64,000 nucleotides of DNA, from the IMG/VR virus record IMGVR_UViG_3300044997_001199, positions 1-64,000 of that record. The stretch is one strand, 5' to 3'. Each line of letters opens with the position of its first letter. Positions within the stretch are counted from its first letter, which is position 1. The notes beneath the pieces are model-generated. The model was not told the DNA's origin. It saw only the letters and a program-made list of their open reading frames with translations, and made no database searches. A program made the position numbers and the translations under genes. Shown piece by piece: positions 28,060 to 37,672 of the stretch.

Positions 28060-28578
28060 ATGTCACAGCAGATTATCAATACCGGAAATGTAATCAACGA
28101 TGGCAGTGGGGAATCGCTGAAAGAGGCATTTGTCGCGATCAACGCCAATTTTGCCGAAATCTATGCCACAGGACTGGCAGACTCGCAGGTAGTGATCACC
28201 GGTAATACCATTGGTGTCACAGGAACCAACAACAACTTGGTACTGGCCGGCAATGGCATAGGCAATGTGCAGAGCAACAGTTCCATCCAACCCAACATCG
28301 ATCGAGTGCATGACATTGGGTCTCCTACCCGGAGATTCGACACAGTGTATGCTGCTTTTTTTGTGGGCAACGTACAGACATCCACACTTTCGGTCACAGG
28401 CAACATTTCTGCAGGAAATGTCGTAACAGCAGGTGCCGTAACAGGAGCCACGGTATCAGCATCAGGCACAGTCTCCGCCGCAAATGTCATGGCATCCGGG
28501 TCGATCTCGGTAGTTGGGGAGATAACCGCTGCCGGATTCAACGGTTTCATTGACGGCGGCAACGCCAATTCTTTTTGA
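28060..28578 (+). CDS. Short fibre/baseplate-associated protein
   Basis: QQIINTGNVINDGSGESLKEAFVAINANFAEIY, a T4 gp9/gp10-like N-terminal motif. Confidence 0.7.
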   Translation: MSQQIINTGNVINDGSGESLKEAFVAINANFAEIYATGLADSQVVITGNTIGVTGTNNNLVLAGNGIGNVQSNSSIQPNIDRVHDIGSPTRRFDTVYAAFFVGNVQTSTLSVTGNISAGNVVTAGAVTGATVSASGTVSAANVMASGSISVVGEITAAGFNGFIDGGNANSF

Positions 28579-28652
28579 CCTTCGAAACAAATACACAACA
28601 GACAAAAATTTGCCTGTCTGATAAATATCAGGGTTAACATAAAGGAACAACC

Positions 28653-29309
28653 ATGCCGTCAAGAATACAGCTTAGACGCGACACCGCAGCGAACTGGACC
28701 ACGGCTAATCCAGTTCTGGCCTTGGCCGAACCCGGACTAGAAACCGATACCAATCTGATTAAATACGGTGACGGTGTCACGGCATGGAACAGTCTTCCCT
28801 ATGCCGGTGTTTATCCTGTTATTTCTGGTAACCTAATACCGTCGACCAACAATGTTTACAGTCTAGGATCATCTGAATATGGCTGGAAAGAACTCTATGT
28901 TTCCGGCAACAACATACACCTTGGCTCCCTGACATTGTCCGACATAGATGGACAATTGATTGCTGTAGGAGATGGCTATCAGGTGAATCTCAGCGAGGGT
29001 GTATTAGCTGATCGAGGTGCAGATTCAAACAATTGGGACGATCTCACCCTGATGGGAGTTTATACCGTGGACCGCACATCGTGGGCAGGTGTTACCGGTG
29101 CACCGACGGACAGCTTGATATTTGTTGGAATTTTGGAAGTTTTGCACAGCACCAACGGTACAGAGACTGGAATAACCCAGATGTTTTTTCCGGGTGAACA
29201 GCAGGCCGATGTCACAGTCCAGTTCAATCGCAGTTACTGGAGCGATCTCTGGACGCCTTGGTACAAGGTCATCAATGATTCACAAATTGTCAATGGTGGC
29301 CAGTTTTAA
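28653..29309 (+). CDS. Fibre protein with Mtd_N-like N-terminal domain and knob-like C-terminus
   Basis: RIQLRRDTAANWTTANPVLALAEPGLETDTNLIKYGDGVTAWNSLPY. Confidence 0.8.
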   Translation: MPSRIQLRRDTAANWTTANPVLALAEPGLETDTNLIKYGDGVTAWNSLPYAGVYPVISGNLIPSTNNVYSLGSSEYGWKELYVSGNNIHLGSLTLSDIDGQLIAVGDGYQVNLSEGVLADRGADSNNWDDLTLMGVYTVDRTSWAGVTGAPTDSLIFVGILEVLHSTNGTETGITQMFFPGEQQADVTVQFNRSYWSDLWTPWYKVINDSQIVNGGQF

Positions 29310-29348
29310 TCACAAGCAGTAACTACTATAACCAAAAGGGATTTTGAG

Positions 29349-31649
29349 ATGGCTAATACTATTCTTATTAAACGCAGTGAAACACCCAATGTTGCACCGA
29401 CGGCCAATGTGCTGTCGTCAGGGGAACTCGCGATTAACACTGCCGATGGCAAACTGTTCTTCAAGGACGCCTCTGGTAACGTGCAGGTTCTGGCCAGTAT
29501 CGGCTCACAGACATTTACTGGCAACGTCACAGCCGGTAACCTGTTAAGCAATGGCATAGTTTCAGCAGTCAGTACCGTAACCGGTGGCAACTTGGCCACA
29601 GCTGGTACAGTATCAGCAGCTGGTAACATCACTGGTGCTAACGTAAGCACAGCTGGTACAGTGTCAGCAGCCAGTACCGTGACCGGTGGCAACCTGGCCA
29701 CAGGTGGTACACTGAGCGCAGCTGGAACTGCCACAGTGGGCAACCTGGACACAGCTGGTACAGTATCAGCAGCTGGTAACATCACTGGTGCTAACGTAAG
29801 CACAGCTGGTACAGTGTCAGCAGCCAGTACCGTGACCGGTGGCAACCTGGCCACAGGTGGTACACTGAGCGCAGCTGGAACTGCCACAGTGGGCAATCTG
29901 GACACAGCTGGTGCGGTATCAGCAGTCAGTACCGTAACCGGTGGCAACTTGGCCACAGCTGGTACAGTATCAGCAGCTGGTAACATCACTGGTGCCAATC
30001 TGTTCACTGCTGGCAACGTCAGTGCTACTGGTAACGTGCATGGCAACTTTATACTGGGCAACGGCGCGTTTTTGACTGGTATTGACGCTACCAGCATCCA
30101 GAGCGGCACATCGAATGTTAGAATCGACGGCGTCAACGGCAACGTTGACATGAACATTGCTGGCAACTTGGTTGCCACGGTCCTTGCCAGCGGACTCGAA
30201 GTAACTGGCACTATCAGCGCCACTGGCGACATCACCGGTGCCAATGTGGCCACAGGTGGTACACTGAGCGCAGCTGGAACCGCCACAGTGGGCAACCTGG
30301 ACACAGCTGGTGCGGTATCAGCAGCCAGTACCGTGACCGGTGGCAACCTGGCCACAGGTGGTACACTGAGCGCAGCTGGAACTGCCACAGTGGGCAACCT
30401 GGACACAGCTGGTACAGTATCAGCAGCCAGTACCGTGACCGGTGGCAACCTGGCCACGGGTGGTACACTGAGCGCAGCTGGAACTGCCGCTCTCGGTGGC
30501 GATCTAGCGGTCAACGGCAACACTATAGCGGGCAACCTGGCCACGGGTGGTACACTGAGCGCAGCTGGAACTGCCACAGTGGGCAACCTAGCCACGGGTG
30601 GTACCGTGTCGGCCACTGGCAACATCGCCGGTGGCAATGTGGCCACAGCTGGTACAGTGTCGGCTGCAGGCAACATTGACGGTGCCAACCTACGCACAGC
30701 TGGTTTGGTTTCGGCCACTGGCAACATCGCCGGTGGCAATGTGGCCACAGCTGGTACAGTGTCGGCTGCAGGCAACATTGACGGTGCCAACCTACGCACA
30801 GCTGGTTTGGTTTCGGCCACTGGCGACATCACCGGTGGCAATGTGGCCACAGCTGGTACAGTGTCGGCCACTGGCAACATCGCCGGTGGCAATGTGGCCA
30901 CAGCTGGTACAGTGTCGGCTGCAGGCAACATTGACGGTGCCAACCTACGCACAGCTGGTTTGGTTTCGGCCACCGGCAACGTAGACGGTGCCAATTTCGT
31001 TACCACAGGTGCAGTGAACGCCGGAACCCTGTTCACAACTGGCAACGCCGTTATCGGCGGCGACCTAGCGGTCAACGGCAACACTATCAACATCAACATC
31101 ACTGACCTGAACATTGAAGATCCCATCATTGGTCTGGGTCGCGGTGCCAACAACTCACCGCTGAGTACCAATGATGGCAAGGATCGCGGCGAGCAACTGT
31201 GGTATTTTGATAGCTCGGAAGAATCGGCCTTCATTGGTTTCCAAAACTCAACCGGCAAGCTGATTGCTGCTGGCAATGTCACTATTGCCAACGAAATAGT
31301 CAGCGTACAATCTTACGGCGCGTTTGTTGTTGGTGACCTAGAAGGCACTACTGTCAGTGTATCGGGCAATGTCGCGGGCGGCAATGTGCTCACAGGCGGT
31401 GTAGTTTCGGCTGCTGGCAACATCACTGGTGCCAACGTAATCACGACCGGCATAGGTAACATCGCCACGCTGGAAGTAGGCACACTGGCCAACATCAAGG
31501 CTACCACAGCCAGTACCAATACCACTTCGGGTGCATTGGTCGTGGCAGGTGGTGTTGGTGTGGCAGGAAACGTGCATGCAACCAATATGTTCAAGAACGG
31601 CGTCACTGTGCTCAATGCAGATGACGCGGTGGATGGCGGTGTATTCTAA
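29349..31649 (+). CDS. Repeat-rich tail fibre protein
   Basis: MANTILIKRS...GELAINTADGKLFFK; many 12-aa GNL.TAGTVSAA repeats, near-identical at DNA level. Confidence 0.85.
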   Translation: MANTILIKRSETPNVAPTANVLSSGELAINTADGKLFFKDASGNVQVLASIGSQTFTGNVTAGNLLSNGIVSAVSTVTGGNLATAGTVSAAGNITGANVSTAGTVSAASTVTGGNLATGGTLSAAGTATVGNLDTAGTVSAAGNITGANVSTAGTVSAASTVTGGNLATGGTLSAAGTATVGNLDTAGAVSAVSTVTGGNLATAGTVSAAGNITGANLFTAGNVSATGNVHGNFILGNGAFLTGIDATSIQSGTSNVRIDGVNGNVDMNIAGNLVATVLASGLEVTGTISATGDITGANVATGGTLSAAGTATVGNLDTAGAVSAASTVTGGNLATGGTLSAAGTATVGNLDTAGTVSAASTVTGGNLATGGTLSAAGTAALGGDLAVNGNTIAGNLATGGTLSAAGTATVGNLATGGTVSATGNIAGGNVATAGTVSAAGNIDGANLRTAGLVSATGNIAGGNVATAGTVSAAGNIDGANLRTAGLVSATGDITGGNVATAGTVSATGNIAGGNVATAGTVSAAGNIDGANLRTAGLVSATGNVDGANFVTTGAVNAGTLFTTGNAVIGGDLAVNGNTININITDLNIEDPIIGLGRGANNSPLSTNDGKDRGEQLWYFDSSEESAFIGFQNSTGKLIAAGNVTIANEIVSVQSYGAFVVGDLEGTTVSVSGNVAGGNVLTGGVVSAAGNITGANVITTGIGNIATLEVGTLANIKATTASTNTTSGALVVAGGVGVAGNVHATNMFKNGVTVLNADDAVDGGVF

Positions 31650-31656
31650 GTAGTAT

Positions 31657-31678
31657 GGGTGGGGTTTTTACCCCACCC
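31657..31678 (+). terminator. Intrinsic terminator-like hairpin
   Basis: GGGTGGGGT-TTTT-ACCCCACCC followed by TATTCCTTTTT. Confidence 0.7.
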
Positions 31679-31698
31679 TATTCCTTTTTAGGACTATC

Positions 31699-32289
31699 AT
31701 GGCTAACACGATCAAGTTAAAAAAGTCATCCGTACCAGCAAAGTCTCCGCAGGTTGGGGATCTTGATTTCGGAGAGTTGGCAATCAACTATGCTGACGGC
31801 AACCTGTTTTTCAAAACAGCTAACAACGTAATCGCTACTCTGTCCAGCACACAGTTTGTTTCGGTCTCGGGCAATGTCACCGGTGGCAACATATTCACTG
31901 CCGGCAACGTCAGTGCCACAGGCAACGTGCATGGAAACTACATTGTAGGCAACGGCAGGGCACTCACAGGCATTAACAGTATTTCCGATGGCACTAGCAA
32001 CGTTGTAGTAGTAGCAGCGAGTGGGAACGTGGTAGTGGCGGTGGGTGGCGTAGCCGACACTGCGATATTCGGTCAGGGATCTTTTTATGTTCAAGGACCC
32101 ATGACTACACCTCGCGTGCTCAACACTAGTGCAGCAATGGCCGACGGAGTTAACGGCATAATGATCGGACCACTAACACTGGGTAACGCAGCCAACATAT
32201 CGATACCCGATGGGTCGGCTCTCACGATATTTGAACCCAGCAACACCGATGTCGACGGCGGCGACGCTGAGTTGACATTCATTACTTGA
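31699..32289 (+). CDS. Short fibre-family protein, paralogous N-terminus to 29349
   Basis: MANTIKLKKS...GELAINYADGNLFFK. Confidence 0.8.
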   Translation: MANTIKLKKSSVPAKSPQVGDLDFGELAINYADGNLFFKTANNVIATLSSTQFVSVSGNVTGGNIFTAGNVSATGNVHGNYIVGNGRALTGINSISDGTSNVVVVAASGNVVVAVGGVADTAIFGQGSFYVQGPMTTPRVLNTSAAMADGVNGIMIGPLTLGNAANISIPDGSALTIFEPSNTDVDGGDAELTFIT

Positions 32290-32320
32290 CATCTATTTTT
32301 ATAGAAAGGTAACGGAGAAA

Positions 32321-34939
32321 ATGGCAATATTATTGGATGGAACCACAGGAATTTCGGCCTCGGGAAATATCTCCGTTGGCGGCACACTGGCAGTCGGCGG
32401 CAATTTTGCCCCAAATTCACTTTCAACGTCTGGAAACGTACAGGGCGGTAACCTGCGCACAGCAGGACAGGTATCGGCCACTGGCAACATTTCCGGCAAT
32501 CATTTTATTGGTAACGGTGCTTTGCTTACAAACATCGTTGCTGAATCAGCAAACACTGCAACCACAGTGACCGGTGCAGCACAGGCCAATATCACGTCAG
32601 TGGGCACACTGACTTCTCTGAGCGTATCGGGCAACGTCAACGGCGGCAACCTACGCACCGCAGGCCTGATTTCGGCTACGGGTGAAGTGACAGCCAGCCA
32701 GTTTACTGGCTCGGGTGCAGGACTCAGCGCCATACCTGGTGCCAATGTCACTGGTACAGTGGCATCGGCCACCACAGCTACCACAGCTACCACAGCTACC
32801 ACGGTGACTGGTGCAGCACAGGCCAATATCACGTCAGTGGGCACACTGACTTCTCTGAGCGTATCGGGCAACGTCGACGGCGGCAATCTACGCACCGCAG
32901 GCCTGATTTCGGCTACAGGTGAAGTGACAGCCAGCCAGTTTACTGGTTCGGGTGCAGGACTCAGCGCCATACCTGGTGCCAATGTCACTGGCACAGTGGC
33001 ATCGGCCACCACAGCCACCACGGTGACTGGTGCAGCACAGGCCAATATCACGTCAGTGGGCACACTGACTTCTCTGAGCGTATCGGGCAACGTCGACGGC
33101 GGCAATCTACGCACCGCAGGCCTGATTTCGGCTACGGGTGAAGTGACAGCCAGCCAGTTTACTGGTTCGGGTGCAGGACTCAGCGCCATACCTGGTGCCA
33201 ATGTCACTGGCACAGTGGCATCGGCCACCACAGCCACCACGGTGACTGGTGCAGCACAGGCCAATATCACGTCAGTGGGCACACTGACTTCTCTGAGCGT
33301 ATCGGGTAACGTCAACGGCGGCAACCTAATTACTGCCGGTGTGTTGGATGCTGCTTCGTTGACTACCTCGGGCAACATCGATGGCGGCAATCTACGCACC
33401 GCAGGCCTGATTTCGGCCACTGGTGCAGTGACAGCCAGCCAGTTTAATGGCTCGGGTGCAGGACTCAGCGCCATACCTGGTGCCAATGTCACTGGCACAG
33501 TGTCATCGGCCACCACAGTGACTGGTGCAGCACAGGCCAATATCACGTCAGTGGGCACACTGACTGCATTGAGCGTATCGGGCAACGTCAACAGCGGCAA
33601 CCTAATTACTGCCGGTGTGTTGGATGCTGCTTCGTTGACTACCTCGGGCAACGCTGTTATCGGCGGCGACCTAGTGGTCAATGGCAACACTATCAACATC
33701 AACATCACCGACCTGAACATTGAAGATCCCATCATTGGTCTGGGTCGCGGCGCCAACAACTCACCGCTGAGTACCAATGATGGCAAGGATCGCGGTGAAC
33801 AACTATGGTACTATAGTGGTGCTGAACGTTCGGCATTTATGGGTTGGGATCAATCGGCTGGCAAGCTGATTGCTGCTGGCAATGTCACTATTGCCAACGA
33901 AATAGTCAGCGTACAATCTTACGGCGCGTTTGTTGTTGGTGACCTAGAAGGCGCTACTGTCAGTGTATCGGGCAATATCACTGCAGGTAACCTTGCTGGT
34001 ACATTACTTACAGCAGCACAGACCAATATCACGTCAGTGGGCACACTGACTGCATTGAGCGTATCGGGCAACGTCGATGGCGGCAATCTACGCACCGCAG
34101 GCCTGATTTCGGCCACTGGTGCAGTGACAGCCAGCCAGTTTAATGGCTCGGGTGCAGGACTCAGCGCCATACCTGGTGCCAATGTCACTGGCACAGTGGC
34201 ATCGGCCACCACAGCCACCACAGCCACCACAGCCACCACAGCCACCACAGCCACCACAGCCACCACAGCCACCACGGTGACTGGTGCAGCACAGGCCAAT
34301 ATCACGTCAGTGGGCACACTGACTTCTCTGAGCGTATCGGGCAACGTCGATGGCGGCAATCTACGCACCGCAGGCCTGATTTCGGCCACTGGCTCAATCA
34401 CCGGTGCTGCAATCACAGGCTCGTCGCTGTCGGTGATAGCCGGCAATGTTACACTTGGTAACATCGTCAACGGCGGAGCCAATGGCGCTGGCAATATCGG
34501 TTCGTCTGCTAATACATTCAACACTATATTTGCCAGAGCCACATCGGCACAGTACGCTGACTTGGCCGAATACTATCGCGCCGATCATGCATATGCACCA
34601 GGCACTGTGGTAGTGTTTGGAGGTAATGTTGAAATCACTCAGAGCACACAGTCACATTGCAGTGCAGTGGCCGGTGTGGTCAGTACCGAACCAGCCTATA
34701 TCATGAATGCTAGCCTGGCCGGTAACGATGCAGTAGCAGTGGCATTGGTAGGACGTGTTCCTTGCCGAGTAGTAGGCGATATCAGCAAGGGTGATCTTGT
34801 GGTTACCAGCTCGATTCCGGGAACAGCACAGCGCCTTGACCCAGCTCAGCATCGACCGGGCGTGGTCATTGGCAAGGCTCTGGAAAACCACAGCGGTGCT
34901 GAGCCAGGGGTGATCGAAATCGTTGTTGGTAGACACTGA
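32321..34939 (+). CDS. Repeat-rich tail fibre with C-terminal intramolecular chaperone domain
   Basis: Long near-identical ~72-aa repeats; C-terminal SAQYADLAEYY...GRVPC...GDLVV...IGKALE. Confidence 0.85.
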   Translation: MAILLDGTTGISASGNISVGGTLAVGGNFAPNSLSTSGNVQGGNLRTAGQVSATGNISGNHFIGNGALLTNIVAESANTATTVTGAAQANITSVGTLTSLSVSGNVNGGNLRTAGLISATGEVTASQFTGSGAGLSAIPGANVTGTVASATTATTATTATTVTGAAQANITSVGTLTSLSVSGNVDGGNLRTAGLISATGEVTASQFTGSGAGLSAIPGANVTGTVASATTATTVTGAAQANITSVGTLTSLSVSGNVDGGNLRTAGLISATGEVTASQFTGSGAGLSAIPGANVTGTVASATTATTVTGAAQANITSVGTLTSLSVSGNVNGGNLITAGVLDAASLTTSGNIDGGNLRTAGLISATGAVTASQFNGSGAGLSAIPGANVTGTVSSATTVTGAAQANITSVGTLTALSVSGNVNSGNLITAGVLDAASLTTSGNAVIGGDLVVNGNTININITDLNIEDPIIGLGRGANNSPLSTNDGKDRGEQLWYYSGAERSAFMGWDQSAGKLIAAGNVTIANEIVSVQSYGAFVVGDLEGATVSVSGNITAGNLAGTLLTAAQTNITSVGTLTALSVSGNVDGGNLRTAGLISATGAVTASQFNGSGAGLSAIPGANVTGTVASATTATTATTATTATTATTATTATTVTGAAQANITSVGTLTSLSVSGNVDGGNLRTAGLISATGSITGAAITGSSLSVIAGNVTLGNIVNGGANGAGNIGSSANTFNTIFARATSAQYADLAEYYRADHAYAPGTVVVFGGNVEITQSTQSHCSAVAGVVSTEPAYIMNASLAGNDAVAVALVGRVPCRVVGDISKGDLVVTSSIPGTAQRLDPAQHRPGVVIGKALENHSGAEPGVIEIVVGRH
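34205..34276 (+). repeat. In-frame 9-bp tandem repeat (GCCACCACA) x8 encoding (Ala-Thr-Thr)n
   Basis: Counted directly; last unit ends in G. Confidence 0.92.
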
Positions 34940-34957
34940 TCCACCATAAATTACTGT

Positions 34958-36088
34958 ATGAATAATCGGTATTGTGCAGCCCCCTGGAGGGGGCTGCACA
35001 TTAATCCTCGTGGTGATGTCAAGACCTGCTGTGCAGGTGATCCCAACATGCTGGGCAATCTAAACCAGCATAGCATCGAACAAATACTCACAGGTCCTGC
35101 TCTGGCCGAAGTTCGACAGAGCATGCGCATGGGTCAGCTTCATCCTCAATACTGCTATAACTGTATCCAGGCCGAACGCTATGGACGCAGCGAGCGCGAT
35201 TGGCACAATTCCGTCAGCACAGACTTTGATCCGACCACAGCAACAGACATTGATCATGTACCCGCCATAGTGGATGTGCGGTGGAACACCACATGCAATC
35301 TCAGTTGTAACTATTGCAGCGACAAGTGTTCTAGTCGCTGGGCTGTTTTAAAAAATATTTCGGTGCGGTCAGGAGCAAGGCCTTACTATGAGTCTGTCTG
35401 TGATTATCTGGACCAACATCGCACGCACATCCGGGAAGTGGCACTTGTGGGCGGCGAGCCCTTGTTGTTGCCAGAAAACGAGCGGCTATTGGATGTGATA
35501 CCCGACCGCGCCATCGTGACTTTGATTACCAATGCAGCCGTGGATCTTGAGCGCAATCGTATTTTTCAGAAACTTCAACAACGATCTCGTGTGGGCTGGA
35601 GCCTAAGTTTTGACAACGTTGGGGAGAGGTTTGAATACGTGCGTCACGGTGCACAGTGGAATACATTGCTACAAAATCTCGATCGTATACAACATCTCAT
35701 GCAGACACAGGGTCATTGGGGTGGCATACATGCAGTATACAATCTATACAATGTCACGCGAATCCGGGAACTCACAGAGTTCGCTAGATCACGCGGTCTG
35801 ACCATACAGTGGCAGAGCCTGTATCAACCCGATTGTCTTGACCCAGCCCGCCTGGGAGAAAAAATTACGGCATTGGCTCGCACACATGTCCAAGAGTTAT
35901 TGGAACTGGGGATCTGTCTGCCACAGGAGCGATCCTTTTTTGAACAGGTACTCCAGAATCTAACAAGTCGAGAAGATCTAACAACCGATCTCAAACAATA
36001 TGTCACGGACATCGAGGCTCAGTATCACACCGATCAGCAAGGACAGTTTGTTCGGTTGTGGCCCGAAATCAACAACGTGCTGACATGA
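34958..36088 (+). CDS. Radical SAM protein with N-terminal SPASM/twitch-like Cys cluster
   Basis: YCAAPW...KTCC...CYNC; CNLSCNYC; GGEPLL; ITN. Confidence 0.88.
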   Translation: MNNRYCAAPWRGLHINPRGDVKTCCAGDPNMLGNLNQHSIEQILTGPALAEVRQSMRMGQLHPQYCYNCIQAERYGRSERDWHNSVSTDFDPTTATDIDHVPAIVDVRWNTTCNLSCNYCSDKCSSRWAVLKNISVRSGARPYYESVCDYLDQHRTHIREVALVGGEPLLLPENERLLDVIPDRAIVTLITNAAVDLERNRIFQKLQQRSRVGWSLSFDNVGERFEYVRHGAQWNTLLQNLDRIQHLMQTQGHWGGIHAVYNLYNVTRIRELTEFARSRGLTIQWQSLYQPDCLDPARLGEKITALARTHVQELLELGICLPQERSFFEQVLQNLTSREDLTTDLKQYVTDIEAQYHTDQQGQFVRLWPEINNVLT

Positions 36089-37662
36089 TGGCATCAAGGT
36101 CCACTCTAGACACAGTGTTGGTCAAAGCGCCACATCGGCGCGAAACCTACACTCACGAAGAACTCACAGAATTCTCTCAATGCGCCGATCCAGTGCAAGG
36201 GCCGCAGTATTTTTTGAGTTGTTTTTTCTATATACAACACCCAACCAAAGGGCGTATGTTGTACAAACCGTTTGATTATCAAAAACGGTTAATACACACC
36301 TATCACAATTATCGATATAGTATTGCACTAATGCCCAGACAGTCTGGTAAATCCACCAGTGCTGCTGGGTATCTGTTGTGGTATGCCATGTTTGTTCCAG
36401 ACTCAACCATATTAATTGCCGCACACAAATATACCGGATCACAAGAAATCATGTCACGTATACGATATGCGTATGAATCAGTGCCGGATTTCATACGTGC
36501 CGGCGCCACCAGCTACAACAAAGGCAGTATAGATTTTGATAATGGAAGCCGCATACTTTCCTCCACTACCACCGAGAATACCGGACGTGGTTTGTCAATA
36601 TCTCTGTTGTACGTAGATGAGTTTGCATTCGTCCGACCCACCATTGCCAGGGAATTCTGGACGTCGATCGGCCCTACGCTGGCCACCGGCGGTAAATGTA
36701 TCATAACATCTACGCCCAACAGTGACGAAGATCAATTTGCGTTCTTGTGGAAAGGGGCCAACAAAACACAGGATGAGTTCGGCAATGATACCGAGCTGGG
36801 TATCAATGGGTTCCGTGCGTTTCGCAGTTACTGGAACGAGCATCCTGATCGCGATGACCGCTGGGCCGCAGAACAGCGCCAACAGCTAGGCGAGGATCGT
36901 TTCCGACGAGAAATGGACTGTGACTTCATCATCGACGATGAAACCTTGATTGCTCCGGCCAAGCTCTTGGATCTAGAAGGTCGGGACCCCATTCGACGCA
37001 CTGGTCAGGTCAGATGGTACAAGACCGTTGATCCTGGTGCTATCTATGTAGTGGGTCTGGATCCCAGTCTGGGCACCGGCGGAGATCCAGCAGCCATCCA
37101 GGTGTTTGAAGCAGGAACCACCGAACAGGTGGCTGAATGGCGCCACAATCGGTCCACTATACCCGAACAGATACGCATACTGGCTGACATTGTGCGAGAA
37201 TTAAATTCAGTCACACGCGACGAGAAGCGGATCTACTACTCTGTGGAAAACAATACCATCGGTGAAGCCGCGCTGATCTCAATCGCAGAACTTGGTGAAG
37301 AAAATATTCCGGGCTACTTTCTCAGCAACGATTCCGTGACCGGTAGCCGTAGGTTCCGTAAGGGGTTCAATACCACTCCCAAAAGCAAACTCACTGCCTG
37401 CAGCAAACTCAAAATCCTGATAGAAACCAACCGGATGAAAATTGCCAGCAAACCGTTGATCAGTGAGCTAAAAACCTTTGTGGCCAGCGGTGTGAGTTAC
37501 GCTGCCAAGTCCGGCGAAACCGATGACCTAGTAATGAGCACTCTGTTGGTGGTTCGTATGTTGCTGGCACTGCAGCGTTACCATGCCGAACTGGACACAC
37601 ACCTCAAGGATCACGGTGATCAGATCATCGAACCCATGCCGTTCATTGCTGTCATGCGATAA
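36085..37662 (+). CDS. gp17: Terminase large subunit (T4 gp17-like)
   Basis: PRQSGKS Walker A, LYVDEFAF Walker B, STPN, nuclease GLDPSLG and DDLVMS; no intein seen. Confidence 0.95.
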   Translation: MMASRSTLDTVLVKAPHRRETYTHEELTEFSQCADPVQGPQYFLSCFFYIQHPTKGRMLYKPFDYQKRLIHTYHNYRYSIALMPRQSGKSTSAAGYLLWYAMFVPDSTILIAAHKYTGSQEIMSRIRYAYESVPDFIRAGATSYNKGSIDFDNGSRILSSTTTENTGRGLSISLLYVDEFAFVRPTIAREFWTSIGPTLATGGKCIITSTPNSDEDQFAFLWKGANKTQDEFGNDTELGINGFRAFRSYWNEHPDRDDRWAAEQRQQLGEDRFRREMDCDFIIDDETLIAPAKLLDLEGRDPIRRTGQVRWYKTVDPGAIYVVGLDPSLGTGGDPAAIQVFEAGTTEQVAEWRHNRSTIPEQIRILADIVRELNSVTRDEKRIYYSVENNTIGEAALISIAELGEENIPGYFLSNDSVTGSRRFRKGFNTTPKSKLTACSKLKILIETNRMKIASKPLISELKTFVASGVSYAAKSGETDDLVMSTLLVVRMLLALQRYHAELDTHLKDHGDQIIEPMPFIAVMR

Positions 37663-37672
37663 ATAAAAGATC

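Noticed and set aside
28653-33976. Diversity-generating retroelement, suggested by an Mtd_N-like domain and a near-identical repeat pair
   Set aside because: Differences between the copies are mostly C/T wobble changes, not adenine-specific; no reverse transcriptase in the window
29306-34542. Long minus-strand ORFs (29306-31291, 32500-33786, 33919-34542)
   Set aside because: Antisense shadows of Ala/Thr/Gly/Val-rich repetitive fibre genes; no RBS or motifs of their own
29349-34939. CRISPR-like appearance of the recurring repeats
   Set aside because: Repeats are in-frame coding units without unique spacers, and there are no cas genes
36085-37662. Intein or intron in terminase, uvsX or sheath
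   Set aside because: ORFs are continuous with normal motif spacing and show no splicing or LAGLIDADG motifs
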